IMG/VR virus record: IMGVR_UViG_3300042543_000303
Location: 1-64,000 of that record
DNA: 64,000 bases
Strand: one strand, 5' to 3'
Source of the DNA: a virus
Part shown: positions 36,342 through 46,975 of the stretch, piece after piece
Position numbering within the stretch: the stretch's first letter is position 1
Layout: each line of letters starts with the position of its first letter
Program-made: the position numbers and the translations under genes
The notes under the pieces: model-generated
The model's input: the letters and a program-made list of their open reading frames with translations, nothing else
Told to the model about the DNA's origin: nothing
The model's database searches: none

Positions 36342-39300
36342 TTTCCTCCACCTCCACGTCTCTGATCAGCTCGAGATCGACAGTCTCGGGCACGCCGTAT
36401 GCGTCTGGCACGTCCACTTTAAACCCTAGAATCTTACGGACAATCATATCGTCCCGTGGCTCTTGGTCACTTGCAAGACGCAGGCGAACAAAGGCATCGT
36501 CGAAAAGCAAAGAGCACCAGTCCCCCGGGACGTAACTGCCGACCTCTGGATCCATAGACCCATTGACCGACACGGTCAAGTCGTCGATTGGCGGCAAAGC
36601 CTCATTGAGATAGCTCTTGGCTTGGTCGTACAGGTCAATGGCGCCGCTTTGCGCGTCAATTTGCTCGGCCGCGTCGAGTACCGGCCAACCCGAGCGAAGC
36701 ATCTTCTTGGAGCTGGCTCCAGCCATTGGCTGCTTCGTATCATCGCCGCCAGCTGTCGAATTCGTGCCAGTAACCCACATGCGTGTCGCCGCGTTCTCCG
36801 CTGATTCCTCGAACTTGAACGATGCGATGTTTCCGGGGTAGTCAAACACGAACTTGTCCGCCCCTAGGCTGGCGGCACTGCGGATGTCGCCGGGTTCTGG
36901 GTCGTCGGGGTAGTCGTACCCAGAGAGAACCAGTGTTCGCTTGAATGACTGAGTAGCAGTATCAAACGCACAGTCAATACGGTACTCAAAGCCGTTCGGG
37001 CCTGACGATGCTTCTTCGAGAATCTCGCCCACGCTCAAAAGACTACTACCGATGAAAATCTCGCGGCGAGTAAACACGCCAGCGTTGGTTTCCTCTGAAA
37101 ACTCAATGCCGATATCCGAGTTATCTTCGAATCCTCCATACGTACCAGCGTACACGCGGGGCCCGAGAGTAGCCGTACCACCGCCCTTAACTTCGATCGT
37201 ATTAGTTTCAGTGATGATCTCATCTCGCGAAATCTTAATGGGTTCAAACTCGAAGTCACTGGTGATTTTCGCTGTAGCATTCGCGGGGGGCTCGTTATCA
37301 TTGCCAGCTCGGTCTGGGAAGTCTTTGACGAACTTCGAAAGAGTCTCAAAGCGAATATTAGCGCCACTGGCGATGTTAGCTGTCGTATCCGCAGATAGAG
37401 TGATCTTCTTCCCATTAGTAGCAACTGAACTAACGAGCGTGCCCGCCGGGATACCCGTGGCATGCACGGTCATCCCGGCGGAAATGTTCTTTGTATCAGT
37501 GACAGTAATCGTCTGAGAGCCAGATGCTACCTGGCCGCCGGCGATCTGCACGGTGATGTTTTTAGCCTCGCCCGTGGTCTTCTTGGTTAGCTCGACAGTG
37601 GTTGAGCCCCCGGACGTGCTGATGCTTTTAATTTTCGCATCGGCCGGCACGCCTGAGCATGCGATCGTCATGTCAACAAGCAGACCTGTAGACGTTTCTC
37701 CGCTATTAAGCGTCATCTCCGTGCTGCCTTTACTAAAAACAACGTTCTTCTGCGCGTTGACTTGCTTCTTAAACGTGAACCGATTCGCGCCTGGAGTGCC
37801 GTCAATAACCCACGAGCCGTTGTACCCCTTATCGTTAGGGTCACCAAAGTTGGAGATCGTGACCGTCTCGCCAATACGGTACCCGTGTGGCGTATTGGTG
37901 TAAAGAGTAACAACGCCACCGCGACTGGTTCGTCGCGTGATACTCCGCGAACGGTTGATTAGATATGTAACTTGATTGTTGGCAGGAATCGTGTCGATCT
38001 CATGCTCGCCGTCAAAAGGAGCATTAGCGCCTTGCACCTTGATTTTTCCGGTAGTTAGATAGTTATGCGGAGTTTCCACCTCGAGTTTGACAACCCACTT
38101 TTCGGGTGATGCCTGATAGTCGATTCCGCGCTTTGTGATGTTGCGCTTGAAGTACCAGAACGAATTACTTAAAGACTGCCTGTTGTATACCAACCTATCT
38201 GGCGCCGTGATTTCGTCGATTTGCTCAGTCTCGTCGAAAAGGTCCATGTCCTGATTGGTGATAGACGTCTTGCTGCGCGGGCGATTAGCGTTGACAACCA
38301 CTTCATCGCCGACGCTGGCATTGTGATTCTCGGCGAGCGTCAGCGTAACCTTGCCACCAGTAACGCTGAAGGCAGTGATGTCGAGTGTGCGAAGCCCGTC
38401 CTCAGCTGCGGCCGCAAGATCACTGCCGGCGTTTTCGTACTCAAAGCTGAGCTCGCTTGGCGTGCTAGTTACTGCGTACAGGCCGTCAAAAACTTCATCC
38501 ACGTCCTTGACGACAACCTCTTGTCCTGGAATCAGTGTATGAGGACGATTGAGCGTCAGCCGGGCAGTGTTCTCTGTGCGCTGCTTGCCAAGGACCGAGT
38601 ACTCAGCTGTAAAGCCAGGCTGGTACTCATCACGAGGGATTTCGATCCCTGCAAAGTCGTCTGCGGTACGCTTGACGATATCCCGCACGAACTTGTAATT
38701 GTCCATGCTCTTGCGGAACGTTGCCGACGTTGTCTCAGTGCCCGAGATCGTCTCGTTCGAATCAATCAGTACCGTGAAAGTTGAAGCGTTTGGAGTTTGG
38801 TAAACGGTAGCGCCTCCGTCAAGCGCAGGCTGACCTGTCCCGATAATGATGATGTCGTTGCCTGGCGCAAGCAAGTGCTCTCTTGGCTCCGAGCCTTCGC
38901 CCAAGTCGACCGGCCGCGTCGTGAATGTTGCCAGGCCGTCGATCGCCGAATACGAACCAAGTTGAATGGGCGCGTCCATCGAGTAGATGCCTACAGGGGT
39001 GCCGGATGAGCGATCGACTAGAGTCTTCCAGACAAAGCGATGGTAGAAGTAGCTGATGAACTCAGCGCCGGACACAGACAGCGTGCGGTTTTCAGGGTCG
39101 TACTCGCGTGACCAAATGATACCACCCCAAACGCACGCGTCGTTGCGCATGACGTACAGCGCGGTGCGGCCGGGCATCGTTGAGTTGTAAAGATCCAAGT
39201 GAGTGTTCTCGTCGATGACGGGGATATTTCCTGAAAACTCACCAGCTCGGCGAATAGCCCGGCTCCAGCCCACACCCTGAAAAGGGATCTCTGCGAGAAG

Positions 39301-39354
39301 TGTGTTAGTGAGCAGATCAGTCGTGAAGTAGCGGTACCTTGCACCGGTGTCCAT
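36322..39354 (-). CDS. Minor tail (hub/Tal-like, ReqiPepy6 gp37-like) protein with inserted beta-domain repeats
   Basis: L.T..LLAEIP..WSR..AG.FSG, VWGGIIW and FDYPGNI motifs. Second gene after the tape measure. Confidence 0.8.
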   Translation of the reverse strand: MDTGARYRYFTTDLLTNTLLAEIPFQGVGWSRAIRRAGEFSGNIPVIDENTHLDLYNSTMPGRTALYVMRNDACVWGGIIWSREYDPENRTLSVSGAEFISYFYHRFVWKTLVDRSSGTPVGIYSMDAPIQLGSYSAIDGLATFTTRPVDLGEGSEPREHLLAPGNDIIIIGTGQPALDGGATVYQTPNASTFTVLIDSNETISGTETTSATFRKSMDNYKFVRDIVKRTADDFAGIEIPRDEYQPGFTAEYSVLGKQRTENTARLTLNRPHTLIPGQEVVVKDVDEVFDGLYAVTSTPSELSFEYENAGSDLAAAAEDGLRTLDITAFSVTGGKVTLTLAENHNASVGDEVVVNANRPRSKTSITNQDMDLFDETEQIDEITAPDRLVYNRQSLSNSFWYFKRNITKRGIDYQASPEKWVVKLEVETPHNYLTTGKIKVQGANAPFDGEHEIDTIPANNQVTYLINRSRSITRRTSRGGVVTLYTNTPHGYRIGETVTISNFGDPNDKGYNGSWVIDGTPGANRFTFKKQVNAQKNVVFSKGSTEMTLNSGETSTGLLVDMTIACSGVPADAKIKSISTSGGSTTVELTKKTTGEAKNITVQIAGGQVASGSQTITVTDTKNISAGMTVHATGIPAGTLVSSVATNGKKITLSADTTANIASGANIRFETLSKFVKDFPDRAGNDNEPPANATAKITSDFEFEPIKISRDEIITETNTIEVKGGGTATLGPRVYAGTYGGFEDNSDIGIEFSEETNAGVFTRREIFIGSSLLSVGEILEEASSGPNGFEYRIDCAFDTATQSFKRTLVLSGYDYPDDPEPGDIRSAASLGADKFVFDYPGNIASFKFEESAENAATRMWVTGTNSTAGGDDTKQPMAGASSKKMLRSGWPVLDAAEQIDAQSGAIDLYDQAKSYLNEALPPIDDLTVSVNGSMDPEVGSYVPGDWCSLLFDDAFVRLRLASDQEPRDDMIVRKILGFKVDVPDAYGVPETVDLELIRDVEVEEIGNQSS

Positions 39355-39393
39355 CGTCCTTTTTCTCCGCCTTAGTGTCGTTAGAGTTGATTA

Positions 39394-41832
39394 TTACGCG
39401 AGCCAGCCAGAGCGATACTTCAATGCCACAACGGCGGTTGATGCCGCGTTGCCAGCGTCCACGACCTTGATCGCGTTTGCGCCTGGCGCAAACTTGATCC
39501 AGTCCGTCACGGCCGCAAGTTTTCCTCGCGCGTAGGGCGCCTGCCCGTTAAGCAAAACCGAACGCATAGATGTGTCAATGACCAGCCGATCTGTGCCTCC
39601 AGACACTGTGCCGCTCGAGGTTGTCTCCTCTATCACGGTAGAGTTTCCACTGCCGACAGTGTTAGTTAGTCCGACGATAGAAAATGTCGTAACTCGCCCT
39701 CCCGTGCTGTTCTGTCCCTGAGCGTTCACCGAAGCGTTCTCAAACGAAGCCAGCGACGACTTAGCAGCCGCGCTGATCGGCGCCTCTCCGCTTGCCACGC
39801 CGAAGTACTCGATAAGACCGGTTTTCGTAGTCGAAGGAGGAATAACGTCGTAGTAGTACCTGGTAGCGTTCACCTTCGTGATTGCAAATGATCCATTCAA
39901 ACCGGTCGGTGCTCGCCCAGCCTTCAGGGGAGTGCGCAGGCGCAGGGTGTCCCCGCTCTCAAACCTGTGACTTGTCTCAGTATTGACTGTGACGCGGTAG
40001 TACTTGCCAGACGCTTTAGCAATCGCGATGCTAGCGGTTTCAACATTAAAACTGGCTACGTTGAATGTAAACGTGAAGTCTGTTTTGGCGGCCGGCTCTA
40101 CCGTGATCTCGCTGCTGGTCAAGTTTACCGGGCGACCGCACCCTCCAACGTAGATTAAGTCATTAGTCGTGAACCCGTGCTTATCCCAAGTTTCGAGCGT
40201 AATGACGTCGTCATTCGCGCTGTTTGAGGCCGTGTACGACTTAAACTTCACCGCGCGCGCGCGATTGGCGTAGTAGCGAAGGCTTAAGCCGTTGCCTGCC
40301 ACCGAGAGAACAGTCCCATTCGTAATGTTTACTGCGGGTGAGATGTTGTCTACCGTGATGGAGTCGCCGGCTACAAAATCAACTGGGTCGCCAGAGTACA
40401 AAGTCACGATCGACGCGACGGCAGTAGCCGATGCTGCGCCTGACGCAAGAGTCGCAAGCGCAGGGACGTTAACCGTGAACGTGTTAGCTGTTGGCGTCGC
40501 TACGATCTCAAAGCGTCCATTGAGCGCCACCGCGCCAGCAGTGAAACCCGACATAAGAACCTCAATGCCGGGGACGAGCTGGTGCGCTGCCGACGTAGTC
40601 AGTGTTGCGACGCTGGCTGTCACGCTGCGTGAGGAAATATTTAACGTCTCCCCGAGCCTGTACGAAGTAAAACCGCTGCTGCGAGTGAGTTCTAGTGCGT
40701 AAGAGAATGAATTCTCTGTTGGCACGTCGGTGATCACGTGCGTGCCGTTAAACTCCGCGTTGACTCCAGACACAGTCACGGTCTTACCGACGTACAGCTT
40801 GTGCGGCCCTTCAGTCGTCAACGTAGCGTAGCCGTTGAAGTACGAACGCTTGATGATGTTTGTTGTCGTGGTACCGCCAACAAGATTTGTGGTTACGGTA
40901 AGCTTCTGCTTGGTCGTCGTGTTCTCGATCGTCAGCGGCCCGGTAACCGGACCATCAATGGTAATAATCCCGCCTACCGCGACGTTGCCGGCGTTAGTAA
41001 TCGTGTATTCGCCGCTAATTGTCGTGTTCTTGGGCGAGATCGTAGCGGTCGTGTACCCGTCAACACCAGACCAAGAGTATTTGATCGGGTCCGCCGCAGT
41101 CAGGTCTGCTCTGAAATTGATGCGCCCACGAGAGCCAACAACCTCAATCTCTGGTTGCGAGCCAAGACGAACAAACGCTGCCTTGGTTAGCCCATCGCCA
41201 GACTGCACGCTGCCAATCGCGAAGGTGTCGGAGATGCCGCTACCCGTCGAGGCGAATGTTACCGCCGCGCCGCTGGAGCTAATCACCGCGAAAGTTCCGT
41301 TGACGGCGGAGACGTTGGACGAGACGGTAATCGAGTCGCCAGCGATAAATGGATTAGTCCCGCTAAGTGTGACAGTCGCTACGTTTGACGCTCGAGAAAC
41401 CTTCGCGATCTTGGCGAACTTGGTAGCCTGCCGCTCAACTGTCTTAAGCCAGGCTCCAGTGTACACCAGATTAAGCGCGCGGGCAAGTGAGTCCCGCGCG
41501 GCGAGAACAAACGACGGGCTTGGGACTAGTATCGAGCCCCTAAGCGTAACCTCGCGAGACTGGTAGCGACCAGACACGTCGTACGAGCCGTCGCCAAAGG
41601 CGCGCTCGACACTCGGGTAGTCAGGTTCGGCAAGCGTCCACCAATTTTCGATATCGGTGCATACCCAGACCACACCGTTGCCGTCTCGAGTGTTGAGCGT
41701 AAGATCTCCTAGGGCGACGTCTCCTAGGAGTTTCATTCCGGTAATTACCGGTTCATCGAGAGGCGTCAGCCCCTTACGGACGAAGTGGTTTTCACTGCGC
41801 TGGAACGCAGGAGTGACATTCTCAGCGGCCAT
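39394..41832 (-). CDS. Distal tail (Dit-like) protein with inserted beta-domain repeats
   Basis: First gene after the tape measure. DG.VW..I..W, R..GDG, R.VTL.G, L.A.DP.KY, N.GN and C-terminal W..F.PG.N..YRSGW. Confidence 0.8.
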   Translation of the reverse strand: MAAENVTPAFQRSENHFVRKGLTPLDEPVITGMKLLGDVALGDLTLNTRDGNGVVWVCTDIENWWTLAEPDYPSVERAFGDGSYDVSGRYQSREVTLRGSILVPSPSFVLAARDSLARALNLVYTGAWLKTVERQATKFAKIAKVSRASNVATVTLSGTNPFIAGDSITVSSNVSAVNGTFAVISSSGAAVTFASTGSGISDTFAIGSVQSGDGLTKAAFVRLGSQPEIEVVGSRGRINFRADLTAADPIKYSWSGVDGYTTATISPKNTTISGEYTITNAGNVAVGGIITIDGPVTGPLTIENTTTKQKLTVTTNLVGGTTTTNIIKRSYFNGYATLTTEGPHKLYVGKTVTVSGVNAEFNGTHVITDVPTENSFSYALELTRSSGFTSYRLGETLNISSRSVTASVATLTTSAAHQLVPGIEVLMSGFTAGAVALNGRFEIVATPTANTFTVNVPALATLASGAASATAVASIVTLYSGDPVDFVAGDSITVDNISPAVNITNGTVLSVAGNGLSLRYYANRARAVKFKSYTASNSANDDVITLETWDKHGFTTNDLIYVGGCGRPVNLTSSEITVEPAAKTDFTFTFNVASFNVETASIAIAKASGKYYRVTVNTETSHRFESGDTLRLRTPLKAGRAPTGLNGSFAITKVNATRYYYDVIPPSTTKTGLIEYFGVASGEAPISAAAKSSLASFENASVNAQGQNSTGGRVTTFSIVGLTNTVGSGNSTVIEETTSSGTVSGGTDRLVIDTSMRSVLLNGQAPYARGKLAAVTDWIKFAPGANAIKVVDAGNAASTAVVALKYRSGWLA

Positions 41833-44800
41833 TTACGCCACACCCTTTCGCATCTGCTGCGCAATTGCGCGCGACACACGCGACGCAAGCTGCCGCTCAT
41901 CCATCCCGGGCGACGGGTATACCTGAATCTGAATGCTTGTCCCGGCCGCAGCAACTCCGGACTGCATCTGTGTCATGTAGTTAATCATCGCCTTGTCGCG
42001 AGTCGACAGCCCGTTAGGGTCAAGTGGCTCGACGCGCTCGGCGCGGCCAGCCTCTGCAACACGTACCAATGTCCCACCAGCGCGAGGGCGAATGATGCCG
42101 CCGTACGCCAGATTAGGAATCTCTGGAATATCATCGCCAGGGTTAAGTAGGTTTGCTCCGCGAATCGCGATGTTAATTCCATTGATCAGCCCGTTTAACA
42201 ACCCCTTGATGGTGCCAATCACGGTGGACAGTCCGTTCGATAGGCCAGACCAGAGTGACCCGGCCGCGCTTGAAACTTTACCTGCAAGGTCAGACAAGAA
42301 CGGCCAAACCGTGTTGTCCCAGAAGTCTTTTACAACAGTCCAGGCAATTCGGAAAGGCTGCACGATCCACTTATTAAAGAGCCCACCGATGCCAGACATA
42401 ATAGTGGTTATGAAACTCTTCATTGCATTCAAGAACGGAATGACAAAGGTGTTCCAACTGGCCTGCATCCCGCTCCAGATCAGCTTAAACCCAAACAGGA
42501 TGGGTTTAAAGGCAAGCGCAATCAAGGAAACAATTACCTTGATAATGCCGAGACCAACGCGGAACAGTCCTAGGAAAAGATCAAACACTGGGCTAAGCAG
42601 ATCAACAACAGCTTGAAAACCCTTCCAAATAAGCTGAAATGTCGGAACCAAAGTATTGACGATAAAGCCGACAATCAGACTAAAGATCGGGAATAGTGCA
42701 GTCGACCACCACCAGCCGATGACTCCGGCAACAATCTTAATGATACCGATCACTAGCTTGAATGCATTAACAATAATGTTGCCCCAGACAAAGCCAATGT
42801 ACTGTCCGATGGCACTAAAGATCGGTTGAACAAAACTCCAGAAGTTTGTTACCGCGGTCCCGATTTCTTCAAACGCTGCAGAAAAACCGGGCGCAATCTC
42901 GTTTGAGAACCATGACACGACGGTGTCGATAACTGGCTGAACGTTTTCAGTCCATAGCGCGACAAACTCGTCAATGTATGGTTGGATCCCGGAGACGATG
43001 CCTTGAACAAGTGAGACAAGACTTTGAATCACGCCACCGACGACGCGAATAAGGAATCCCCACCACTGAGCCAGGACCTTAATCGCGCCGACGAGAACAA
43101 ACTGAATGACGGGAACGATGAAGGTTCCTATAAAGTCGCCAAGCGCCTTGAGCGCGCCAAGCACTCCGTCAATTACGCTTTGGCCTCCACCCATCCAGGC
43201 AAACGCTTCTTCAAACGCCGTTTTAAGCGTGTCCCACGCCTCAGTAAGAGCCCCACCGATTGCCTCTGCCATATTCGTCAGCGACTCGCGGAACGCTTCA
43301 CTTTGCGTGTAAGCTCCGATAAGAATGCCAATCACGGCCGCGATGGCAGCAATGATTCCCCACAGCGCGGCGGTGCTTACTCCAAGAACAAGCGCTAGTC
43401 CGCCAAACCCACCCTGCGCAAGTGTTCCAGCAAACCCAAGCCCTAAGCCTTTAAACAAACCGATAACCGCGGCGAGCCCACCCGCGAGCCCCTTAAAGGC
43501 GGCGATAGCGCCGAGTACTGCGCCGGCTATGAACATAAATGCTGTTTTACCGATAGAAAATAGAAGTCTAAACGCTCGAGTAGCGGCAAAAATTACAGCA
43601 GCAAACGCTAGAACCTTTGCCACGGTTTCATTCGAGAAAAAGTCGGCTACGATTTTTGCTGCTTGATTCAAGATATCGAAGAAGATCTGAAGCGCGCCAG
43701 CATCTGTCAACGCGTCAAAGACGCGCATAAGATTATTGGCTAGCTCGCCCATCGTAGTGCCGAGGTTCGTGTCAGCCATCTTCTCAAAGGCGGAGAAGAA
43801 GCTGTCGATTGCTCCGCCGTCCTGCGAAATCGTGTTGAAGAAGTTCGCGACGCCTTGATTGTTACCAAGGTCGATAAAACCCTTGACAAACCTAGTTATG
43901 CCTCGGCCGATAGCAATAAAGTTTGTAGCAACGTCTCGAAAGAAATCTTCAAGCTCGCCATTTTCGTTAATGACTCGAGTAAATTCCTCAAACTTTTTTG
44001 TTGCGGCCTCGAATGCGTCAAGAATCATCTCGCCGCCGCTGCCTGGGCCGGACGCGGCCTTTCCGATGTTCATGAACGCGTCAAACAAATTACCAAAGAT
44101 TCGCCCGAGTTGCCTAGCAATTTCTCCGGCGTACGACATGGTGTCGGCTAGAGCGCCAGTTTCTTTGTTGGCTTGAAGCGACGTCTTCCATCCACCGGTT
44201 AGCGTCTTTGTCCACTCGGCAAATTCTTCAGTCAGCGGGCGCGCCGCATCGAGCAAATCCAATAGAATGCTGAGAAGGTTACTAATCGTCCCGCCAAGGC
44301 TGCCAATAACCTTGTCATTGGTCTTCCAGATGCGCTCAAGATTGCCAAGATTGTCTGCGGCCGTGACAGTTTTTGAAATCTGAATCGCGACCTTGCCGAT
44401 TGCGTCGCCGGTGCCTTCTAGCAGCGGAATCAGTCTCGGGAAAAGATTCTTGACAAGATTGTCGATCGCGATGATTAGCTGAGGAAACAGCTTTCTACCC
44501 GCGGCAAACTGAAGTTTCTTCAGCTCATCTTGAATACTAATGATGTAACGAACAAACGCCTGAGCTTCCGGCGACAACTTAGCCATCGCTTCAGCAAACG
44601 CATCAGCACCACCGCCCGCTCCGCCAAAGCCTTTCTTGAGATCCTCAAGAGCGTCGGCAAGCTCTTCCTCTGCTTCAATGATCGCGCGCTGCGCGTCACG
44701 CCGCGCACGCTCCGCGTCGACAACAGCGTCCTGGTAATCACGGAATGCGTCAGCCTCGCGCTGCTTAGCGTCTGCCACGTCCTTGCTCGCGTCGGCGAGA

Positions 44801-45726
44801 AGATCGGCGCCGGCGGACCCAGCCTGCGCAGCCTCCTCTTGTTCTTGACGCAGATCATTATTTCGGTCGATCGAGCGACGGTACTCGAGCTCAGCCTCGC
44901 GAAACGCGAGCTCGGCTTCGCGCCGGGCAGCGCTGTCGACCGGGAGATCAGAAGCCGCTGCCAACTGTGTGCGCGCCTGCTCGAGCCGCATCCCTGCGCG
45001 TTCTTGCGCGAGCGCGGCTTCCTCGACATCAAAGCCGAGCTGCTGCGTCATCTCAGCAGCTTCGCGTTGCGCGTCCTTTAGACGATCAACAGCGTCGGTA
45101 GTTTCTTCAATCGACTCCTGGTAGTCGCTCCAGGCGTCTTCAACCATTCGCGCCGCGCGCTCTTCGACCTCGGCCGCGTTTTCAATCGCGTCCGCGAGAC
45201 GGCGGCGTGCATCCTCTACGCGCTTCGCTGCAGCCTCAGCGGCCTCAGCGCTACCGCCACCGCCGCCACCTCCACCGCCGGCGTTCAATCCAGCAGAAAT
45301 AGCAGCGCCTACGCCAATGAACGCTACCTTGAGAGCTATTGCGCCTTGGATAAGTGCAGAAAACACTCCAAGAAGGCTGAGTAGAGCTGGCCCTGCCGCT
45401 GCTGCCTGAGCGCCAAGCGCAACAAGCCCACTGCCCAGCGCCGATATCGCGGCACCTGCACCGGCGAATGCCGGGCCAAGAACGTAGCCCAGCGTGATGA
45501 GGCGACTTAGCGAGCGAAATGTGTTTCGCGCGTCGTTCTGGAATTGCCGGCCAAAAAGCCCGCCACCGCCGCCTCCACGCCGGAATCCTTGCTGAAAACT
45601 GCGCCCTACACGGTTGCCCGCGTCGTTTCCAATTCGATCCGCGTCACGAAAGCCCTGCCGAATATCGTTCGGGACGCCGCGAGTAATCGCGTGGACAATT
45701 ACATAAGCGTCACCCACGACTGCCAT
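41833..45726 (-). CDS. Tape measure protein
   Basis: MAVVGDAYV start, long coiled coils, hydrophobic W/F-periodic repeats, C-terminal LAYGGI..AEAG..E..PL. AGGAGGT RBS. Confidence 0.93.
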   Translation of the reverse strand: MAVVGDAYVIVHAITRGVPNDIRQGFRDADRIGNDAGNRVGRSFQQGFRRGGGGGGLFGRQFQNDARNTFRSLSRLITLGYVLGPAFAGAGAAISALGSGLVALGAQAAAAGPALLSLLGVFSALIQGAIALKVAFIGVGAAISAGLNAGGGGGGGGGSAEAAEAAAKRVEDARRRLADAIENAAEVEERAARMVEDAWSDYQESIEETTDAVDRLKDAQREAAEMTQQLGFDVEEAALAQERAGMRLEQARTQLAAASDLPVDSAARREAELAFREAELEYRRSIDRNNDLRQEQEEAAQAGSAGADLLADASKDVADAKQREADAFRDYQDAVVDAERARRDAQRAIIEAEEELADALEDLKKGFGGAGGGADAFAEAMAKLSPEAQAFVRYIISIQDELKKLQFAAGRKLFPQLIIAIDNLVKNLFPRLIPLLEGTGDAIGKVAIQISKTVTAADNLGNLERIWKTNDKVIGSLGGTISNLLSILLDLLDAARPLTEEFAEWTKTLTGGWKTSLQANKETGALADTMSYAGEIARQLGRIFGNLFDAFMNIGKAASGPGSGGEMILDAFEAATKKFEEFTRVINENGELEDFFRDVATNFIAIGRGITRFVKGFIDLGNNQGVANFFNTISQDGGAIDSFFSAFEKMADTNLGTTMGELANNLMRVFDALTDAGALQIFFDILNQAAKIVADFFSNETVAKVLAFAAVIFAATRAFRLLFSIGKTAFMFIAGAVLGAIAAFKGLAGGLAAVIGLFKGLGLGFAGTLAQGGFGGLALVLGVSTAALWGIIAAIAAVIGILIGAYTQSEAFRESLTNMAEAIGGALTEAWDTLKTAFEEAFAWMGGGQSVIDGVLGALKALGDFIGTFIVPVIQFVLVGAIKVLAQWWGFLIRVVGGVIQSLVSLVQGIVSGIQPYIDEFVALWTENVQPVIDTVVSWFSNEIAPGFSAAFEEIGTAVTNFWSFVQPIFSAIGQYIGFVWGNIIVNAFKLVIGIIKIVAGVIGWWWSTALFPIFSLIVGFIVNTLVPTFQLIWKGFQAVVDLLSPVFDLFLGLFRVGLGIIKVIVSLIALAFKPILFGFKLIWSGMQASWNTFVIPFLNAMKSFITTIMSGIGGLFNKWIVQPFRIAWTVVKDFWDNTVWPFLSDLAGKVSSAAGSLWSGLSNGLSTVIGTIKGLLNGLINGINIAIRGANLLNPGDDIPEIPNLAYGGIIRPRAGGTLVRVAEAGRAERVEPLDPNGLSTRDKAMINYMTQMQSGVAAAGTSIQIQVYPSPGMDERQLASRVSRAIAQQMRKGVA

Positions 45727-45786
45727 AGACTCTACTCACCTCCTTTCCCGCTAGATCTATTCTTACCTGTTTTTAAGAACTGACTC

Positions 45787-46223
45787 CTACTTTAGAGGCG
45801 CGTCCAAGGCGCTTCCGAACGGCAACTTCGCGTCTGAGTCAAACGTTGACGCCGGAGTGAACGGCTTAACCGTCTTTGGCTTCGGGCTGAACGGGTCCGG
45901 AAGTGGCTCGATCTCAGTGTCTAGGTCGATGTCGTCCGGTACGCCGAAACGCCCGTCTGAGGGGTTCTTGTCCTTAGGCAGGGCATAGCGGTAGGGGGTG
46001 TTATACAGCGCCGGATAGATACTTTCCCGGATAGCTGACTTTGAGCGCGCCGACTCTTCGCTGGGAGGAGTGTGGTCGGTCTCAAACATGTAGTGGAGTA
46101 CGTCCAGCATGTCAGATGCATCCATTTCTGCCAAGTTGAGACCGTTCATTTGCGCCCAACCATTCACGTAAGGCCAGAGATCTAATCCCCAGGTGGCGAA
46201 GGATCGGGCTGCGTCGTAGGGCG
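45787..46223 (-). CDS. Tail assembly chaperone extension (gpT-like), probably reached by a -1 frameshift
   Basis: Overlaps the upstream chaperone in the -1 frame, has no clear RBS or start, and sits directly before the tape measure. Confidence 0.65.
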
Positions 46224-46532
46224 CGTCGCGTACTGCTCCACCAACCAACCCGTGATCTCGCCAAGCGTCTCGACCGAGACGATGCGATCTGGGTCATCAA
46301 GAAGAGCTTCAAAGCGCGCGTAGTCTTCAGAAACGATCACGTAGTTGAAGAACTTAGTGACAGTTTCAGCAGCAGCACTTGGGTCATCGTCGTCTGTGCC
46401 GGCCACTAGACTAAGCAGGAACTTACCCTGAATGGCCGGACGGCAGGAGAAAGTCTCGCCGTGAAGAGCGAACTGCAAAGGCTCGGCGCTTGCCTCGCCG
46501 CCGCTGCCAAAATCCTTGAATCGAGTAGTCAT
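46182..46532 (-). CDS. Tail assembly chaperone (gpG-like)
   Basis: GGAGG RBS; position; ends WLVEQYATRPT. Confidence 0.8.
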   Translation of the reverse strand: MTTRFKDFGSGGEASAEPLQFALHGETFSCRPAIQGKFLLSLVAGTDDDDPSAAAETVTKFFNYVIVSEDYARFEALLDDPDRIVSVETLGEITGWLVEQYATRPTTQPDPSPPGD

Positions 46533-46594
46533 GCGGTAAATTCCTCCGTCTTTATCGTGGTGTCTTAGCTACTGAGCTATTCAGCAACATGGGT

Positions 46595-46975
46595 CTACAG
46601 TATCAAACGAAGAGCGTCCGTGAGGTAGTGATTGGCGCGTGTCCCCGGGTGAGACACTGACCTGGTGTAAACGATTCGCCCTCCGGCGGCGAACCGTAGG
46701 TGTTGGCCTTTGCCGACGATCTGATGCGGACGAGTGCCTTCGTGGTGAAGCAGAGCGTAGCCTAGCGGCGAGCCGATCTTGAGCTCTTGCCCTGGGCCAC
46801 GGCGATAGTGCCGCATATGTATCGAGTTCATCAATCTGCCAGAGCGCCTACCTACGCGCGCCTTTGCAGCCATGACAATTAACTGACCGCGACGGCGAAG
46901 CCAGCGGCCGACCGCTCCAGGGGGCTCGTTCAAGAAAAAATCGAGCTCCGCGGCGCGCAAGCGGACAATTGCCAT
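46595..46975 (-). CDS. Neck/tail-completion protein (HK97 gp10-like); start revised to MAIVRL
   Basis: RSGRL..SI, YA..HHEGTRPH, V.HPGT.AN..L motifs. TAATG coupling. Confidence 0.8.
   Translation of the reverse strand: MAIVRLRAAELDFFLNEPPGAVGRWLRRRGQLIVMAAKARVGRRSGRLMNSIHMRHYRRGPGQELKIGSPLGYALLHHEGTRPHQIVGKGQHLRFAAGGRIVYTRSVSHPGTRANHYLTDALRLIL

Noticed and set aside
46560-46590. tRNA-like TAGCTCAG on the - strand
   Set aside because: No acceptor stem, anticodon arm or TTCGA T-loop, and the gap is too short.
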